Source: an uncultured Bacteroidota bacterium | GTDB taxonomy: Bacteria > Bacteroidota > Bacteroidia > Bacteroidales > GWA2-32-17 | NCBI GenBank assembly: GCA_903837285.1 | Contig: CAILUD010000167.1 | Span: forward strand, 19,692-83,691 | Direction of reading: 5' to 3' | Length of the DNA: 64,000 bases | Translations under genes and position numbers: made by a program | Shown here: piece by piece, positions 38,578-48,371 of the stretch | Numbering within the stretch: the first letter of the stretch is position 1 | Layout of the letters: each line of letters begins with the position of its first letter | The notes under the pieces: model-generated | Databases searched by the model: none | What the model saw: only the letters and a program-made list of their open reading frames with translations | Told to the model about the DNA's origin: nothing

Positions 38578-40131
38578 ATGAATACCAAATTTTTTCTAAT
38601 CGTATTGTTGTTTGCAGCCTCAGTATCATTCTTTTCATCTTGTGATGTAAAGAGATCATCAAATACTGGCTGGGATTATAACGACGAAAAAACCGGAGGT
38701 TTTGAATACGTTTTTTATGAAGAACAAGAAACCGGTCCTGGTTTAGTTCTAATTGAAGGAGGTACATTCTCTATGGGTCGTGTTGAACAAGATGTGCTTT
38801 ATGATTGGAGTGCTTTTCCTAAACGCGTAACAGTTTCGTCATTCTATATGGATGAAACTGAGGTAACTAACGTGAACTATCGCGAATATCTATTTTGGTT
38901 ACGTCGTGTTTTTATTGATTATCCTGAGGTTTACAAAATGGCATTACCTGATACATTGGTATGGAGAAGTAAGTTAGCGTTTAATGAACCTTATGTAGAA
39001 TTATATTTTAGACATCCCGCTTATCAGGATTATCCTGTGGTTGGAGTTAACTGGTTACAAGCAAGTGATTATTGCGCTTGGAGAACTGATAGAGTAAATG
39101 AACTTATTATGGTTCGTGAAGGTTTACTTTATATGGATCCTACCGGACAATCAGGTGAAGAAAATTTTAATACAGAATCTTATTTATCTGGTCAGTATGA
39201 AGGGGCAGTAAGGGACCAAATGCCAGATTATGATCCAAATAATGAATATAGAAAAGTTCGTATGGAAGATGGAATTTTTCTCCCAAAATATCGCCTACCA
39301 ACCGAAGCTGAATGGGAATTTGCTTCTTTAGGTTTAGTAGGTAATATGTTAGCTGACGAGCGTATTTTTAGCGAAAAAATATATCCTTGGAATGGTCACT
39401 ATATTCGTGTTGATGACCGCTCGGGATTTGATACAAAGGATATTGGCCAAATTAGAGCTAACACAATGAGAGGCCGTGGAGATTATATGGGTATGGCTGG
39501 TGCACTTAATGATCATAGCGATATTACTAGTAATGTTAAAGAATATTGGCCTAATGATTATGGCTTATATTGTATGGCAGGTAATGTTAACGAATGGGTT
39601 ATGGATGTTTTTCGTCCTCTAACTTTTGAAGATAATGATGATTTCCGTCCTTTCCGCGGTAATGTTTATAAAACTCAGGAGCGTGATGATGAAGGAAATA
39701 TTGCAGAGAAAGATAGTTTAGGTGCAATAAAATACCGTAATGTTTCAGATGATGAGGCTTTTAATCGTCGTAATTACAATACCGCTGATAATATTAATTA
39801 TTTAGATGGTGATTTTGAGTCAAGTCTAGATTATAAAAATATGGATGAAGCTAGTAAGGAGAATAAAGATAATACCAATTCAAAAAGAATGTATAATTCT
39901 GGTAAAACTCAAGTTGGAGAAAATGGAAAACCAACATATAGAGGTGGCGTGGGTATGCAATCAATGATTGATAACAGACAAAGAGTGTTTAAAGGTGGTG
40001 GTTGGAAAGACCGTGCATATTGGATGTCACCCGGTACTCGTCGTTATTTGGATCAGTCACAGGCTCGTCCGGATTTAGGTTTCCGTTGTGCAATGCACAG
40101 AGTTGGTGGTTCACAAAGTATGGGACAATAA
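38578..40131 (+). CDS. gldJ: gliding motility lipoprotein GldJ (SUMF1/FGE-like fold)
   Basis: Lipobox FFSSC, then a TGWDYND...GLVLIEGGTFSMG region and the C-terminal RGGGWKDRAYW...LGFRCA motif of the formylglycine-enzyme-like fold. Confidence 0.85.
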   Translation: MNTKFFLIVLLFAASVSFFSSCDVKRSSNTGWDYNDEKTGGFEYVFYEEQETGPGLVLIEGGTFSMGRVEQDVLYDWSAFPKRVTVSSFYMDETEVTNVNYREYLFWLRRVFIDYPEVYKMALPDTLVWRSKLAFNEPYVELYFRHPAYQDYPVVGVNWLQASDYCAWRTDRVNELIMVREGLLYMDPTGQSGEENFNTESYLSGQYEGAVRDQMPDYDPNNEYRKVRMEDGIFLPKYRLPTEAEWEFASLGLVGNMLADERIFSEKIYPWNGHYIRVDDRSGFDTKDIGQIRANTMRGRGDYMGMAGALNDHSDITSNVKEYWPNDYGLYCMAGNVNEWVMDVFRPLTFEDNDDFRPFRGNVYKTQERDDEGNIAEKDSLGAIKYRNVSDDEAFNRRNYNTADNINYLDGDFESSLDYKNMDEASKENKDNTNSKRMYNSGKTQVGENGKPTYRGGVGMQSMIDNRQRVFKGGGWKDRAYWMSPGTRRYLDQSQARPDLGFRCAMHRVGGSQSMGQ

Positions 40132-40149
40132 ACAAAATTTCAATATATG

Positions 40150-40176
40150 AAAACCCCATTTTATGGGGTTTTTTTA
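40150..40176 (+). terminator. intrinsic terminator of gldJ
   Basis: AAAACCCCA-TTTTA-TGGGGTTTT followed by further T residues, 19 nt after the gldJ stop. Confidence 0.8.
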
Positions 40177-40188
40177 TTTTTAATAGTT

Positions 40189-41484
40189 ATGAAAATAGAA
40201 GAAATTTATAAATTATTTACCCAGTGCAGTTCAGTATGTACTGATACTAGAAATATTAAAAAGGACTCACTTTTTATTGCTTTAAAAGGCGATAATTTTG
40301 ATGGAAATAAATTTTCTAAGGAAGCAATTACAAACGGAAGTAAATTTGCATTAGTTGATAATACTGAGTTTGCCGATAATGAGAAAATCTTTTTTGTTAG
40401 TGACACATTGTTAGCATTACAGAATTTAGCAAGATTTCATAGAGAAAAATTTAATATTCCAGTTGTTGCTATAACAGGTACAAATGGAAAGACTACAACA
40501 AAAGAATTAATTTCAATTGTATTACAAGAAAAATATAATGTAACGTTTACAAAAGGAAATTTAAATAATCATATAGGTGTACCATTAACATTATTAGAAA
40601 TAAATGTAGAAACTCAAATAGCTGTAATCGAAATGGGTGCAAATCACCCAGGCGAAATAAAAACATTATGCGAAATAGCTTTACCTAATTATGGTATAAT
40701 AACAAATATAGGCAAAGCACATTTAGAAGGTTTCGGTTCTCTATATGGCGTAATTAACACTAAAACAGAAATGTATCGCTTTGTTAAGAAAAATAAAGGG
40801 AAAATATTTATTAATACAAATAATGAAATCTTGTTATCCCATATTGATAATAATGAATATATAAGTTATGGTGAAAGTGAAGATTGTTACATGATTGGCA
40901 AGAATCCAAGTTCAAACCCTTTTTTGCAATTAGAATGGAAAATGTATAATAATAGCATTTGGAATACTGTGCAAACCAATTTGGTCGGAAATTATAATTT
41001 CGAAAATGTTCTTGCTGCAATTTGTATAGGAAATTATTTTGAAGTTGAAGAACATATAATTATAAAAGCAATAAACAATTATAAGCCAACTAATAATAGA
41101 TCTCAAATAATAAAATCAGAGAATAATACTATATTAATTGATGCATATAATGCAAACCCTACTAGTATGTTTGCAGCACTTGAGAGTTTCTTTGAAATGA
41201 AAGGTGAAAATAAAGTACTTATTATTGGTGATATGCTTGAGCTTGGAAAAAATACTGAAAACGAACATAAAAATATTCTACAGTTAATTCTTCAGTCTGA
41301 TATTAAAGAAGTTTTTTTAATTGGGAAAACATTTGTTAAAATTTCTGAGAATTCTAATTTAAAAACATTTGAAAGTGTAAGTTTATTTAAAGAGTATTTG
41401 AAAAATAATCCTTTGCTTAATAAACAAATACTTATAAAAGGATCACATGGTATTCATTTAGAAGAACTAATTCCTATTCTGTAA
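40189..41484 (+). CDS. murF: UDP-N-acetylmuramoyl-tripeptide--D-alanyl-D-alanine ligase
   Basis: Mur ligase P-loop ITGTNGKTTTKE. The track start at 40147 would translate the gldJ terminator hairpin, so ATG 40189 (MKIEEIYKLF) is preferred. Confidence 0.9.
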   Translation: MKIEEIYKLFTQCSSVCTDTRNIKKDSLFIALKGDNFDGNKFSKEAITNGSKFALVDNTEFADNEKIFFVSDTLLALQNLARFHREKFNIPVVAITGTNGKTTTKELISIVLQEKYNVTFTKGNLNNHIGVPLTLLEINVETQIAVIEMGANHPGEIKTLCEIALPNYGIITNIGKAHLEGFGSLYGVINTKTEMYRFVKKNKGKIFINTNNEILLSHIDNNEYISYGESEDCYMIGKNPSSNPFLQLEWKMYNNSIWNTVQTNLVGNYNFENVLAAICIGNYFEVEEHIIIKAINNYKPTNNRSQIIKSENNTILIDAYNANPTSMFAALESFFEMKGENKVLIIGDMLELGKNTENEHKNILQLILQSDIKEVFLIGKTFVKISENSNLKTFESVSLFKEYLKNNPLLNKQILIKGSHGIHLEELIPIL

Positions 41485-41485
41485 A

Positions 41486-42124
41486 TTAAGGACTTAGTCT
41501 TTCTATTTTCCAACTTTTATTTTTTTCAAATCTATATTGAATTCTATCGTGAAGTCTGTTAATTCTTCCTTGCCAGAACTCAAATAAAATTGGTGTAACA
41601 ATATATCCACCCCAATTTTCAGGACGCTTTAAAATGTTATTGATAAGTGTCTCTTGCTGCTGTATTACAAGATTATTATAATCATTTATAACTGTACTCT
41701 GTTCTGAGATAATTGCGCTGGCCTGACTCTCAACTGGTCTGGAATAAAAATATTCATCAGATATTTTAGCTGAGGTTTTTTTTATTGTTCCCTCAATCCT
41801 TACTTGCCTTTCTAGTGATGGCCAAAAAAATAATAATGCAACATTTTTATTTCCTTCAATTTCTTTACCCTTTTTGCTGTTATAATTTGTGAAGAAAACA
41901 AATCCTTTTTCAGAATAATCTTTTAGTAATACAAATCGAGAAGATGGTGATAAGTTTTTGCTTACAGTAGATAAAACCATCGCATTTGCTTCAAGTTTAT
42001 CATTTGATAACACTTCATTAAACCATATTTCGAATTGTTTAAAAGGATCAATAGTTAAATTACTTTCGTTTAATTCTCCTGAATTATAATTTTTGCGTAA
42101 TTTTGAGAGTTCGGGTTTCTGCAT
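41486..42124 (-). CDS. pdxH: pyridoxamine 5'-phosphate oxidase
   Basis: C-terminal signature EFWQGRINRLHDRIQY. Internal ATG 42124 is preferred over the track start at 42142. Confidence 0.9.
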   Translation of the reverse strand: MQKPELSKLRKNYNSGELNESNLTIDPFKQFEIWFNEVLSNDKLEANAMVLSTVSKNLSPSSRFVLLKDYSEKGFVFFTNYNSKKGKEIEGNKNVALLFFWPSLERQVRIEGTIKKTSAKISDEYFYSRPVESQASAIISEQSTVINDYNNLVIQQQETLINNILKRPENWGGYIVTPILFEFWQGRINRLHDRIQYRFEKNKSWKIERLSP

Positions 42125-42149
42125 AACTAATATTTTCAACAAATATAAT

Positions 42150-43073
42150 ATGTCTAGAGTTGTTTACGGAATAGGAGAGGTTGTTTTTGATATAATATTT
42201 AAAAGAGGTATACCGGTTGACGGTAAACCTGGTGGTGCTATTTTAAATTCACTAGTTTCATTATCACGTTTAAAAGTTGATACAACTTTAATTGCAGATT
42301 GTGTTAACGATTCAGTAGGCAAATTAATTGAAAATTTTTTAGTCGGTAATAATGTTAATGTGGACAGTATTAAATGGTATAATACCGGTCGGTCTAGACT
42401 TGCGTTAGCGTTTCTAAATACGAGTAACGATGCAGATTATCTTTTCTATAAAATGCAATCAGAAGAAAATTTAAATCTTAATTATCCTATTCCGGTTGAG
42501 AGCGATATAATTTTATTTGGATCTTATTATGGCATTAAACCCGAAATAAGAAATGGTTTAACAGAATTCTTGAACAAAGCTTCAATTGCTGGAAACTGTA
42601 TTGTTTATGATCCGAATTTTAGGAAATCTCATCTTTCAATGCTTGAGCAAGTGAGACCATTTATTTATGAGAATTTTAAAATCTCTGATATTGTTAAAGG
42701 TTCAAGCGAAGATTTTTATTATATTTTTAATGAAAAGTCACCTCAGGAAATTTATAGAAAATTTGTAGAATGTGGCGGAAAAATTCTTGTTCTTACTTCA
42801 GCAGAAAAAAGTGTTTGGCTTTTTCATCCCGATTTTTCTTTTCAGGTAAAAGTTCCAGAAATTAATCCGATTAGTACAATCGGAGCTGGGGATAGTTTTT
42901 CTGCAGGTGTAATTTATGGTTTAATTTCTAATAATATTGCAAAACAAGATATTAAGAATCTTGATGAAAGTGTTTGGCTTCAGATAATTAATTCTGCAAT
43001 AAAATGTGCAATTTCTGTTTGCATGAGTTATGAGAATTATGTTCCTCAAAATTATAATCTTGCCTTAAAATAA
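42150..43073 (+). CDS. PfkB-family carbohydrate kinase
   Basis: N-terminal GEVVFD and C-terminal GAGDSF motifs. ATG 42150 is preferred over the track start at 42093, which would overlap pdxH. Confidence 0.75.
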   Translation: MSRVVYGIGEVVFDIIFKRGIPVDGKPGGAILNSLVSLSRLKVDTTLIADCVNDSVGKLIENFLVGNNVNVDSIKWYNTGRSRLALAFLNTSNDADYLFYKMQSEENLNLNYPIPVESDIILFGSYYGIKPEIRNGLTEFLNKASIAGNCIVYDPNFRKSHLSMLEQVRPFIYENFKISDIVKGSSEDFYYIFNEKSPQEIYRKFVECGGKILVLTSAEKSVWLFHPDFSFQVKVPEINPISTIGAGDSFSAGVIYGLISNNIAKQDIKNLDESVWLQIINSAIKCAISVCMSYENYVPQNYNLALK

Positions 43074-43080
43074 ATATTAT

Positions 43081-45228
43081 TTATTTTTTATCAGCAACAA
43101 TCTTAAAATCTAGAAACCTTTTTTGAAGATTTATTTTTGAAACCACAATTCTTACAGGATCACCAAGTCTGTATCGTTTCTTTTGATTTTTACCATAAAT
43201 AAGATAATTTTTTTCATCATAAACATAAAAATCATCATCTAAATCGCGAAGAGCAATCATACCTTCGCATTTGTTTTCAACTATTTCAACATAAATGCCC
43301 CATTCTGTAACACCAGAAATAACACCATCGAATTCAATTCCGATTTTATCGCTCATGTATTCAATTTGCTTGTACTTTGTTGAGGCTCTTTCTGCGTTCG
43401 CTGCAACTTGTTCCATTTCTGAAGAATGTTTGCATTTTTTTTCGAATTCCTGAGCGTTTACAGATTTTCCTTTATTCAAATAGAAATCTAATAAACGATG
43501 AACCATCATATCCGGATATCGTCTGATAGGCGAGGTAAAATGTGTATAGTATAAAAATCCTAATCCATAGTGTCCAATGTTACTTGTTGAATATTCTGCT
43601 TTTGCCATCGACCGAATTGCAAGACTTTCAATCATGCTTTTTTCAGCTTTACCTTCTAGTTCTTGTAGCAATTTGTTCATCGAACCTGCAATAGCTTTAT
43701 CTGAACCAAAATTGACTTTATATCCAAATGTTTTAATAAAGTTTGCAAAAGTTCTTAGCTTCTCCGAGTCTGGTTTATCATGAATTCTATAAACAAAAGT
43801 TTTTACAGCTTTTTCGTCTTTCTTTTTTCCAATAAATTCAGCTACTTTTTTATTTGCAAGTAGCATAAATTCTTCAATTAATTTATTAGAGTCTTTATTA
43901 ATTTTAAAGAATACATGAAGTGGTTTTCCGTTTTCATCAAGTTTAAATTTTACTTCAACTTTATCAAAACCAATTGCGCCTTTTGCAAATCTTTTTGTTC
44001 GGAGTTTTTTTGCCAGATCTTGAAGAGTCAGAATTTCTTTATTAAAATCGCCTACTCCGGTTTCAATTATATTTTGTGCCTCTTCGTAATTAAATCTTCT
44101 GTCGGAATTAATTATTGTTCTTCCAAACCATTCGTTTTTAATTATTGCATCATCATCAATTTCAAAAACTGCAGAATAACAAAGCTTATCTTCGTTTGGT
44201 CTTAATGAACATAATTGGTTCGAAAGTTTTTCTGGAAGCATTGGTACAACTCTGTCAACAAGGTATACAGATGTAGCGCGGTTAAAGGCTTCAACATCTA
44301 ATTCTGAGTTGTCTTTAATGTAATGTGTTACATCAGCTATGTGAACACCCACTTCCCAGTTGCCATTTGTTAATTTTTTAAGTGAAAGTGCATCATCAAA
44401 ATCTTTTGCATCTTCAGGGTCAATTGTAAACGTTGTTATATTCCTAAAATCACGTCTTTCAGAAATTTCTTTTGCTGTAATTTGGTTTGGAATTTTATCA
44501 GCAGCTTTTTCAATATCATTAGAAAATTTTGCAGGAAGATTAAATTCTGCAAGTATAGCATGCATTTCAACTTCATTGTCGCCTGCATAACCTAAAACTT
44601 CGACTACAACTCCAATTGGACTTTTGCTTTTTCTTGGCCATTCTTCAATTCTTACTATAGCCTTTTGTCCATTTTTAGCGTGATTTAAATTCTGAGAAGG
44701 AATAAAAATATCATAAGGCATATTTCTGCCATCAGGAATCATAAATGCATATGAGCCGGAAATCTCAATTACTCCCACAAAAGTATTTGTTGATCGTTTT
44801 ATAATATCAACAACTTCACCCTCGAGTAAATCTGGTCGGCGACGTGCGTATAAATAAACTTTTACAATATCACCGGTTAAAGCATGGTTTAAGTTTTTCT
44901 GAGAAATTGTTATTTCATCATTAATCTCATCTGTTAAAATAATTCCCATACCATTACCACGCAATTCAACAGTGCCAGTAACATATCCTTTAGGTGATGA
45001 TAGTTTATATTTTCCAGTATATACTTCTTCTAAAACTTTAAACTCAGCTAAATCCTGCAAAGCAAGAATTACTAATTGCTTGTCCGATTCACCATCAATC
45101 TCAAGCTGTTTGCAAACTTGTTTGTAATTGTATGTTTTTGATGGGTTATTATTTAAAAGAGCATGAACTAAGCCTTTTATTGCTTTTTTATTTAGCCCTG
45201 TTTTTCTTACACTTGGTTTTTTTGACAT
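43081..45228 (-). CDS. rnr: ribonuclease R
   Basis: RNB catalytic region (TIDPEDAKDFDDALS...HIADVTHY), cold-shock-like N-terminal domains and a C-terminal S1 domain. Confidence 0.9.
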   Translation of the reverse strand: MSKKPSVRKTGLNKKAIKGLVHALLNNNPSKTYNYKQVCKQLEIDGESDKQLVILALQDLAEFKVLEEVYTGKYKLSSPKGYVTGTVELRGNGMGIILTDEINDEITISQKNLNHALTGDIVKVYLYARRRPDLLEGEVVDIIKRSTNTFVGVIEISGSYAFMIPDGRNMPYDIFIPSQNLNHAKNGQKAIVRIEEWPRKSKSPIGVVVEVLGYAGDNEVEMHAILAEFNLPAKFSNDIEKAADKIPNQITAKEISERRDFRNITTFTIDPEDAKDFDDALSLKKLTNGNWEVGVHIADVTHYIKDNSELDVEAFNRATSVYLVDRVVPMLPEKLSNQLCSLRPNEDKLCYSAVFEIDDDAIIKNEWFGRTIINSDRRFNYEEAQNIIETGVGDFNKEILTLQDLAKKLRTKRFAKGAIGFDKVEVKFKLDENGKPLHVFFKINKDSNKLIEEFMLLANKKVAEFIGKKKDEKAVKTFVYRIHDKPDSEKLRTFANFIKTFGYKVNFGSDKAIAGSMNKLLQELEGKAEKSMIESLAIRSMAKAEYSTSNIGHYGLGFLYYTHFTSPIRRYPDMMVHRLLDFYLNKGKSVNAQEFEKKCKHSSEMEQVAANAERASTKYKQIEYMSDKIGIEFDGVISGVTEWGIYVEIVENKCEGMIALRDLDDDFYVYDEKNYLIYGKNQKKRYRLGDPVRIVVSKINLQKRFLDFKIVADKK

Positions 45229-45305
45229 CTTTAATATTATAAATTTGACTTTAATTATTACAAAGGTTATAATAATTCGTTAATTTTACGAAAATTATAA
45301 GTTAA

Positions 45306-45851
45306 ATGAAAGCTAATATTTTATTAATTCTATTATTGTTTTCTCAGTATCTATTTTCACAAGAGGTTACTTTTGATGGAATAGAAACAAAAAATGAAGT
45401 TACTTATTTAAAAGGTACAAATGAACCTTTTACTGGAAAAGTTATTGCATTTAATGGTAATAATAAAAAAACTCTTGAAATTGAGTACAAAAATGGTAAA
45501 GAAACGGGTACAAATAAAACCTGGTTTGCTAATGGAAAGTTGATGAACGAGACTCAGTTAACTGATGGTAAGATTGATGGTTTGTGGATTGATTATTATG
45601 ATAATGGAAATAAAATGAATGAGATTACATATGAAAATGATTATATGACTGGTCCGTGTACACGTTGGTATGAGAATGGAAATGTTAAGGAAAAAGGTAA
45701 TCACCATCATTGCAAAGAGCAAGGTTATTGGGAGTATTATTATGAAAATGGAAAGAAGCAAACTGCCGGAGATTATATTGATTCACAAAAAAAAGGTGTT
45801 TGGACTGAGTGGAATGAAAAAGGAGAAGTAGTGAAAACTGTGAATTATTAA
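45306..45851 (+). CDS. MORN-repeat-variant (YwqK-like) secreted protein
   Basis: Signal peptide followed by repeated G.x.Y..NGk...e..y..G motifs. Confidence 0.6.
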   Translation: MKANILLILLLFSQYLFSQEVTFDGIETKNEVTYLKGTNEPFTGKVIAFNGNNKKTLEIEYKNGKETGTNKTWFANGKLMNETQLTDGKIDGLWIDYYDNGNKMNEITYENDYMTGPCTRWYENGNVKEKGNHHHCKEQGYWEYYYENGKKQTAGDYIDSQKKGVWTEWNEKGEVVKTVNY

Positions 45852-45889
45852 ATTAATAATTTTACGGTTAGAGTAATTTATGCGCTCCT

Positions 45890-46441
45890 TTATTTCGGAT
45901 TATAAACTACAAAAAACTTTAATGCAATATTATCATTTGTAGCAATACCCATTAAAGACGGGTTTTCAATTTTAAAATCAGATATTTTTACATTAAATGC
46001 ACCTGTAACTTCTATACTTGTGTCGGTTGTTTTGCTAGAAGCTTCAAATGTTATTGATTTTGTAACACCGTGAAAAATAAGGTCGCCGGTTATTGATAAT
46101 TTTGCATCATCTCCAGTTATTGATGTACTGGTAAATGTTACTGCCTGATATTTTAGTCCTTCTAAAACTTCAATCGTATGAGAGTCGCGGTTGGCATTTT
46201 TGCTATCAAATGTAGAAACAGGAATTGATACTGCAACTTTTACTATTTTTTTAGTTTCAAGATTAAATATTAAAACAGATAGTACATTTTTACTAGTTGC
46301 TTCCCAGTCGTGCATTGGGTGCGACATAGCATAAGTAACATATGATTTGGCTTTATCGGCACCATATTTAACTGTTGTTTGGGCTCCAATATTTGAATAT
46401 ATAAAAAATATTGATATTATGAATATTGTTATTTTTTTCAA
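45890..46441 (-). CDS. YceI-family periplasmic protein
   Basis: Signal peptide, about 180 aa, and YceI-like strand pattern (GDLIFHGVTKSITFEA). Confidence 0.7.
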   Translation of the reverse strand: MKKITIFIISIFFIYSNIGAQTTVKYGADKAKSYVTYAMSHPMHDWEATSKNVLSVLIFNLETKKIVKVAVSIPVSTFDSKNANRDSHTIEVLEGLKYQAVTFTSTSITGDDAKLSITGDLIFHGVTKSITFEASSKTTDTSIEVTGAFNVKISDFKIENPSLMGIATNDNIALKFFVVYNPK

Positions 46442-46446
46442 GGTAG

Positions 46447-47085
46447 CTAAAATTTAATAATTACTTCGGCGGCAAGAAATGCACCAAATGTGGTAAATGC
46501 TACTGCTCTATGAATTTTCTGCATTTTAATATCTCCTTCTGTAAAATCAGCTAAAATATTAGTTGCAATCATACCTGCAAAATGAATCATTGCTAAATAT
46601 TTATGAATCTTTATACTGCTATAACCCTTTCTTTCATTTAGCATTTTTGGTGGCGAAAAAAGTGCGAGTGATGTAGTAGTAAAATATCCAATGTTAACTC
46701 CAGCAGCTAATCCTTCGTGCAAATCTTTTATTCCTTGATCTCCATTTATTAATTTAGAACCAACATAGCCCTGACCAATCATTCCCAGTGAAGTAACTAC
46801 GCCCAATATTTGGTGAGTAACCAACATTGTTCTTCTTAACTTTAATTCTTTTGCTCTTTTTTCAGGAGTTAATTCAAAAGCATTGAAACTTCTCATTAAA
46901 CCTTTTTCACCCCATAAAAGTCGTTGAGTAATAATCATGTGATCTGGTAATAGTTTTTGCTGGATTGAACTATCAGAAGTTAATGAACCTAATAAATCAT
47001 CTTGAGGTATGGTGTCGTTCTGAGATTTAAGTTGAATGCTAAAAATCAAAAATACAGCGAGTAAGGAAATAATTAATTTATTCAT
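46447..47085 (-). CDS. hypothetical His-rich integral membrane protein
   Basis: Signal peptide followed by hydrophobic helices. Three helices carry His residues: VTHQILG, IHKYLAMIHFAGM, IHRAVAF. Located 5 nt upstream of the yceI-like gene. Confidence 0.35.
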   Translation of the reverse strand: MNKLIISLLAVFLIFSIQLKSQNDTIPQDDLLGSLTSDSSIQQKLLPDHMIITQRLLWGEKGLMRSFNAFELTPEKRAKELKLRRTMLVTHQILGVVTSLGMIGQGYVGSKLINGDQGIKDLHEGLAAGVNIGYFTTTSLALFSPPKMLNERKGYSSIKIHKYLAMIHFAGMIATNILADFTEGDIKMQKIHRAVAFTTFGAFLAAEVIIKF

Positions 47086-47165
47086 CGTATAAAAATAATT
47101 TTACGCAAAGTAGTACTTAATAATCATATTATGATTCTAAGTAATCTGAAATATTGTTAAAATAG

Positions 47166-48365
47166 CTATAAATGCTTTAAGGTAACATTTGCAATTGTCT
47201 CACCAATTGCAAGCGATGCAGTAGCAGCAGGTGATGGGGCGTTACAAACATTAATGACACCAGGATTTTCGTAAATTAAAAAGTCATCGGCAAGCGAACC
47301 TGCTCGTGTGCATGCCTGAGCACGTACACCTGCACCACCTGTTACTGTGTCATTTATTGTAATTGATGGAACCAAAGTTTTAAGCGAGCGGGTAAATGCT
47401 CTTTTATTAAAAGAACGATAATATTCACCAAATCCCATTTTTAAATGTCTAAACATTACTTTTTGAAAGCCTCGCCATGTAAGCGATTCCCATGCTTCAG
47501 AAAATTTGAAACTTGTTTTATGGTATCCCTCTCGTTTAAATGCAAATACTGCATTGGGACCTGCTTCTACTTTTCCGTCAATTCTACGTGTAAAATGAAC
47601 ACCTAAAAATGGAAATGCAGGATCGGGAACAGGATAAATAAGATTTTTAACAAGGTGTACCCTTTCTTTTGCAAGGGTATAATATTCACCTCTGAATGGG
47701 ATTATTTTAACGTCTAATTTTGGCAAAGTTAGTTTTGCTACTTTATCAGAGTATAATCCGCAACAATTTACAACAACTTTTGTCGAAAATTCTCCCGATT
47801 CTGTTATAACCTTAGTTTCATTGTTGGTTCTTGTAATATTTGTTACTTTATGATTGAATTTTAATTCGCCATTATATCTTGTTTGAAATATTTCAGCAAT
47901 TTTTTCGCAAACAACAGTATAATCAATTATACCTGTATATGGGACATAAATAGCAGCAACACCTTTTGCATAAGGCTCAAAATCTTTAATTTTATCGCCT
48001 GATATTTTTTTAATTTCTGTTAATCCGTTTTGAATACCTCTTTCGTAAAGAGCTTCCAATCGGGGTAATTCACTATTATTTATTGCTACAATTAATTTTC
48101 CGCAAAGTTCAAAAGGTATATTTTCTTTTTTACAAAAATCGAGAAGCATTTTGTATCCTTTAATACAATTTAATGCTTTTAGGCCTCCAGGTTTGTAGTA
48201 AATTCCAGAGTGAATTACACCGCTGTTATTTCCTGTCTGATGTGCTGCTACACGATTTTCTTTTTCTAAAATTAATACTTTTAATTCTGGTTTTTGTTCT
48301 TTGATTTTTAGTGCTGATGCCAGTCCCACTATTCCACTTCCTATTACAATTACATCGTAATTCAT
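47166..48365 (-). CDS. lhgO: L-2-hydroxyglutarate oxidase-like FAD-dependent oxidoreductase
   Basis: N-terminal FAD fold YDVIVIGSGIVGLA; about 400 aa; family-typical layout. Confidence 0.75.
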   Translation of the reverse strand: MNYDVIVIGSGIVGLASALKIKEQKPELKVLILEKENRVAAHQTGNNSGVIHSGIYYKPGGLKALNCIKGYKMLLDFCKKENIPFELCGKLIVAINNSELPRLEALYERGIQNGLTEIKKISGDKIKDFEPYAKGVAAIYVPYTGIIDYTVVCEKIAEIFQTRYNGELKFNHKVTNITRTNNETKVITESGEFSTKVVVNCCGLYSDKVAKLTLPKLDVKIIPFRGEYYTLAKERVHLVKNLIYPVPDPAFPFLGVHFTRRIDGKVEAGPNAVFAFKREGYHKTSFKFSEAWESLTWRGFQKVMFRHLKMGFGEYYRSFNKRAFTRSLKTLVPSITINDTVTGGAGVRAQACTRAGSLADDFLIYENPGVINVCNAPSPAATASLAIGETIANVTLKHL

Positions 48366-48371
48366 TTCCTG

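Noticed and set aside
40147-40188. N-terminal extension of murF given by the track ORF
   Set aside because: The extension would translate the gldJ intrinsic terminator hairpin (AAAACCCCATTTTATGGGGTTTT). ATG 40189 gives the canonical MurF N-terminus.
45306-45851. YwqK-type 'antitoxin' implying a toxin-antitoxin system
   Set aside because: It is a signal-peptide-bearing MORN-repeat protein with no adjacent toxin-like gene. The antitoxin label for this family is a name only.
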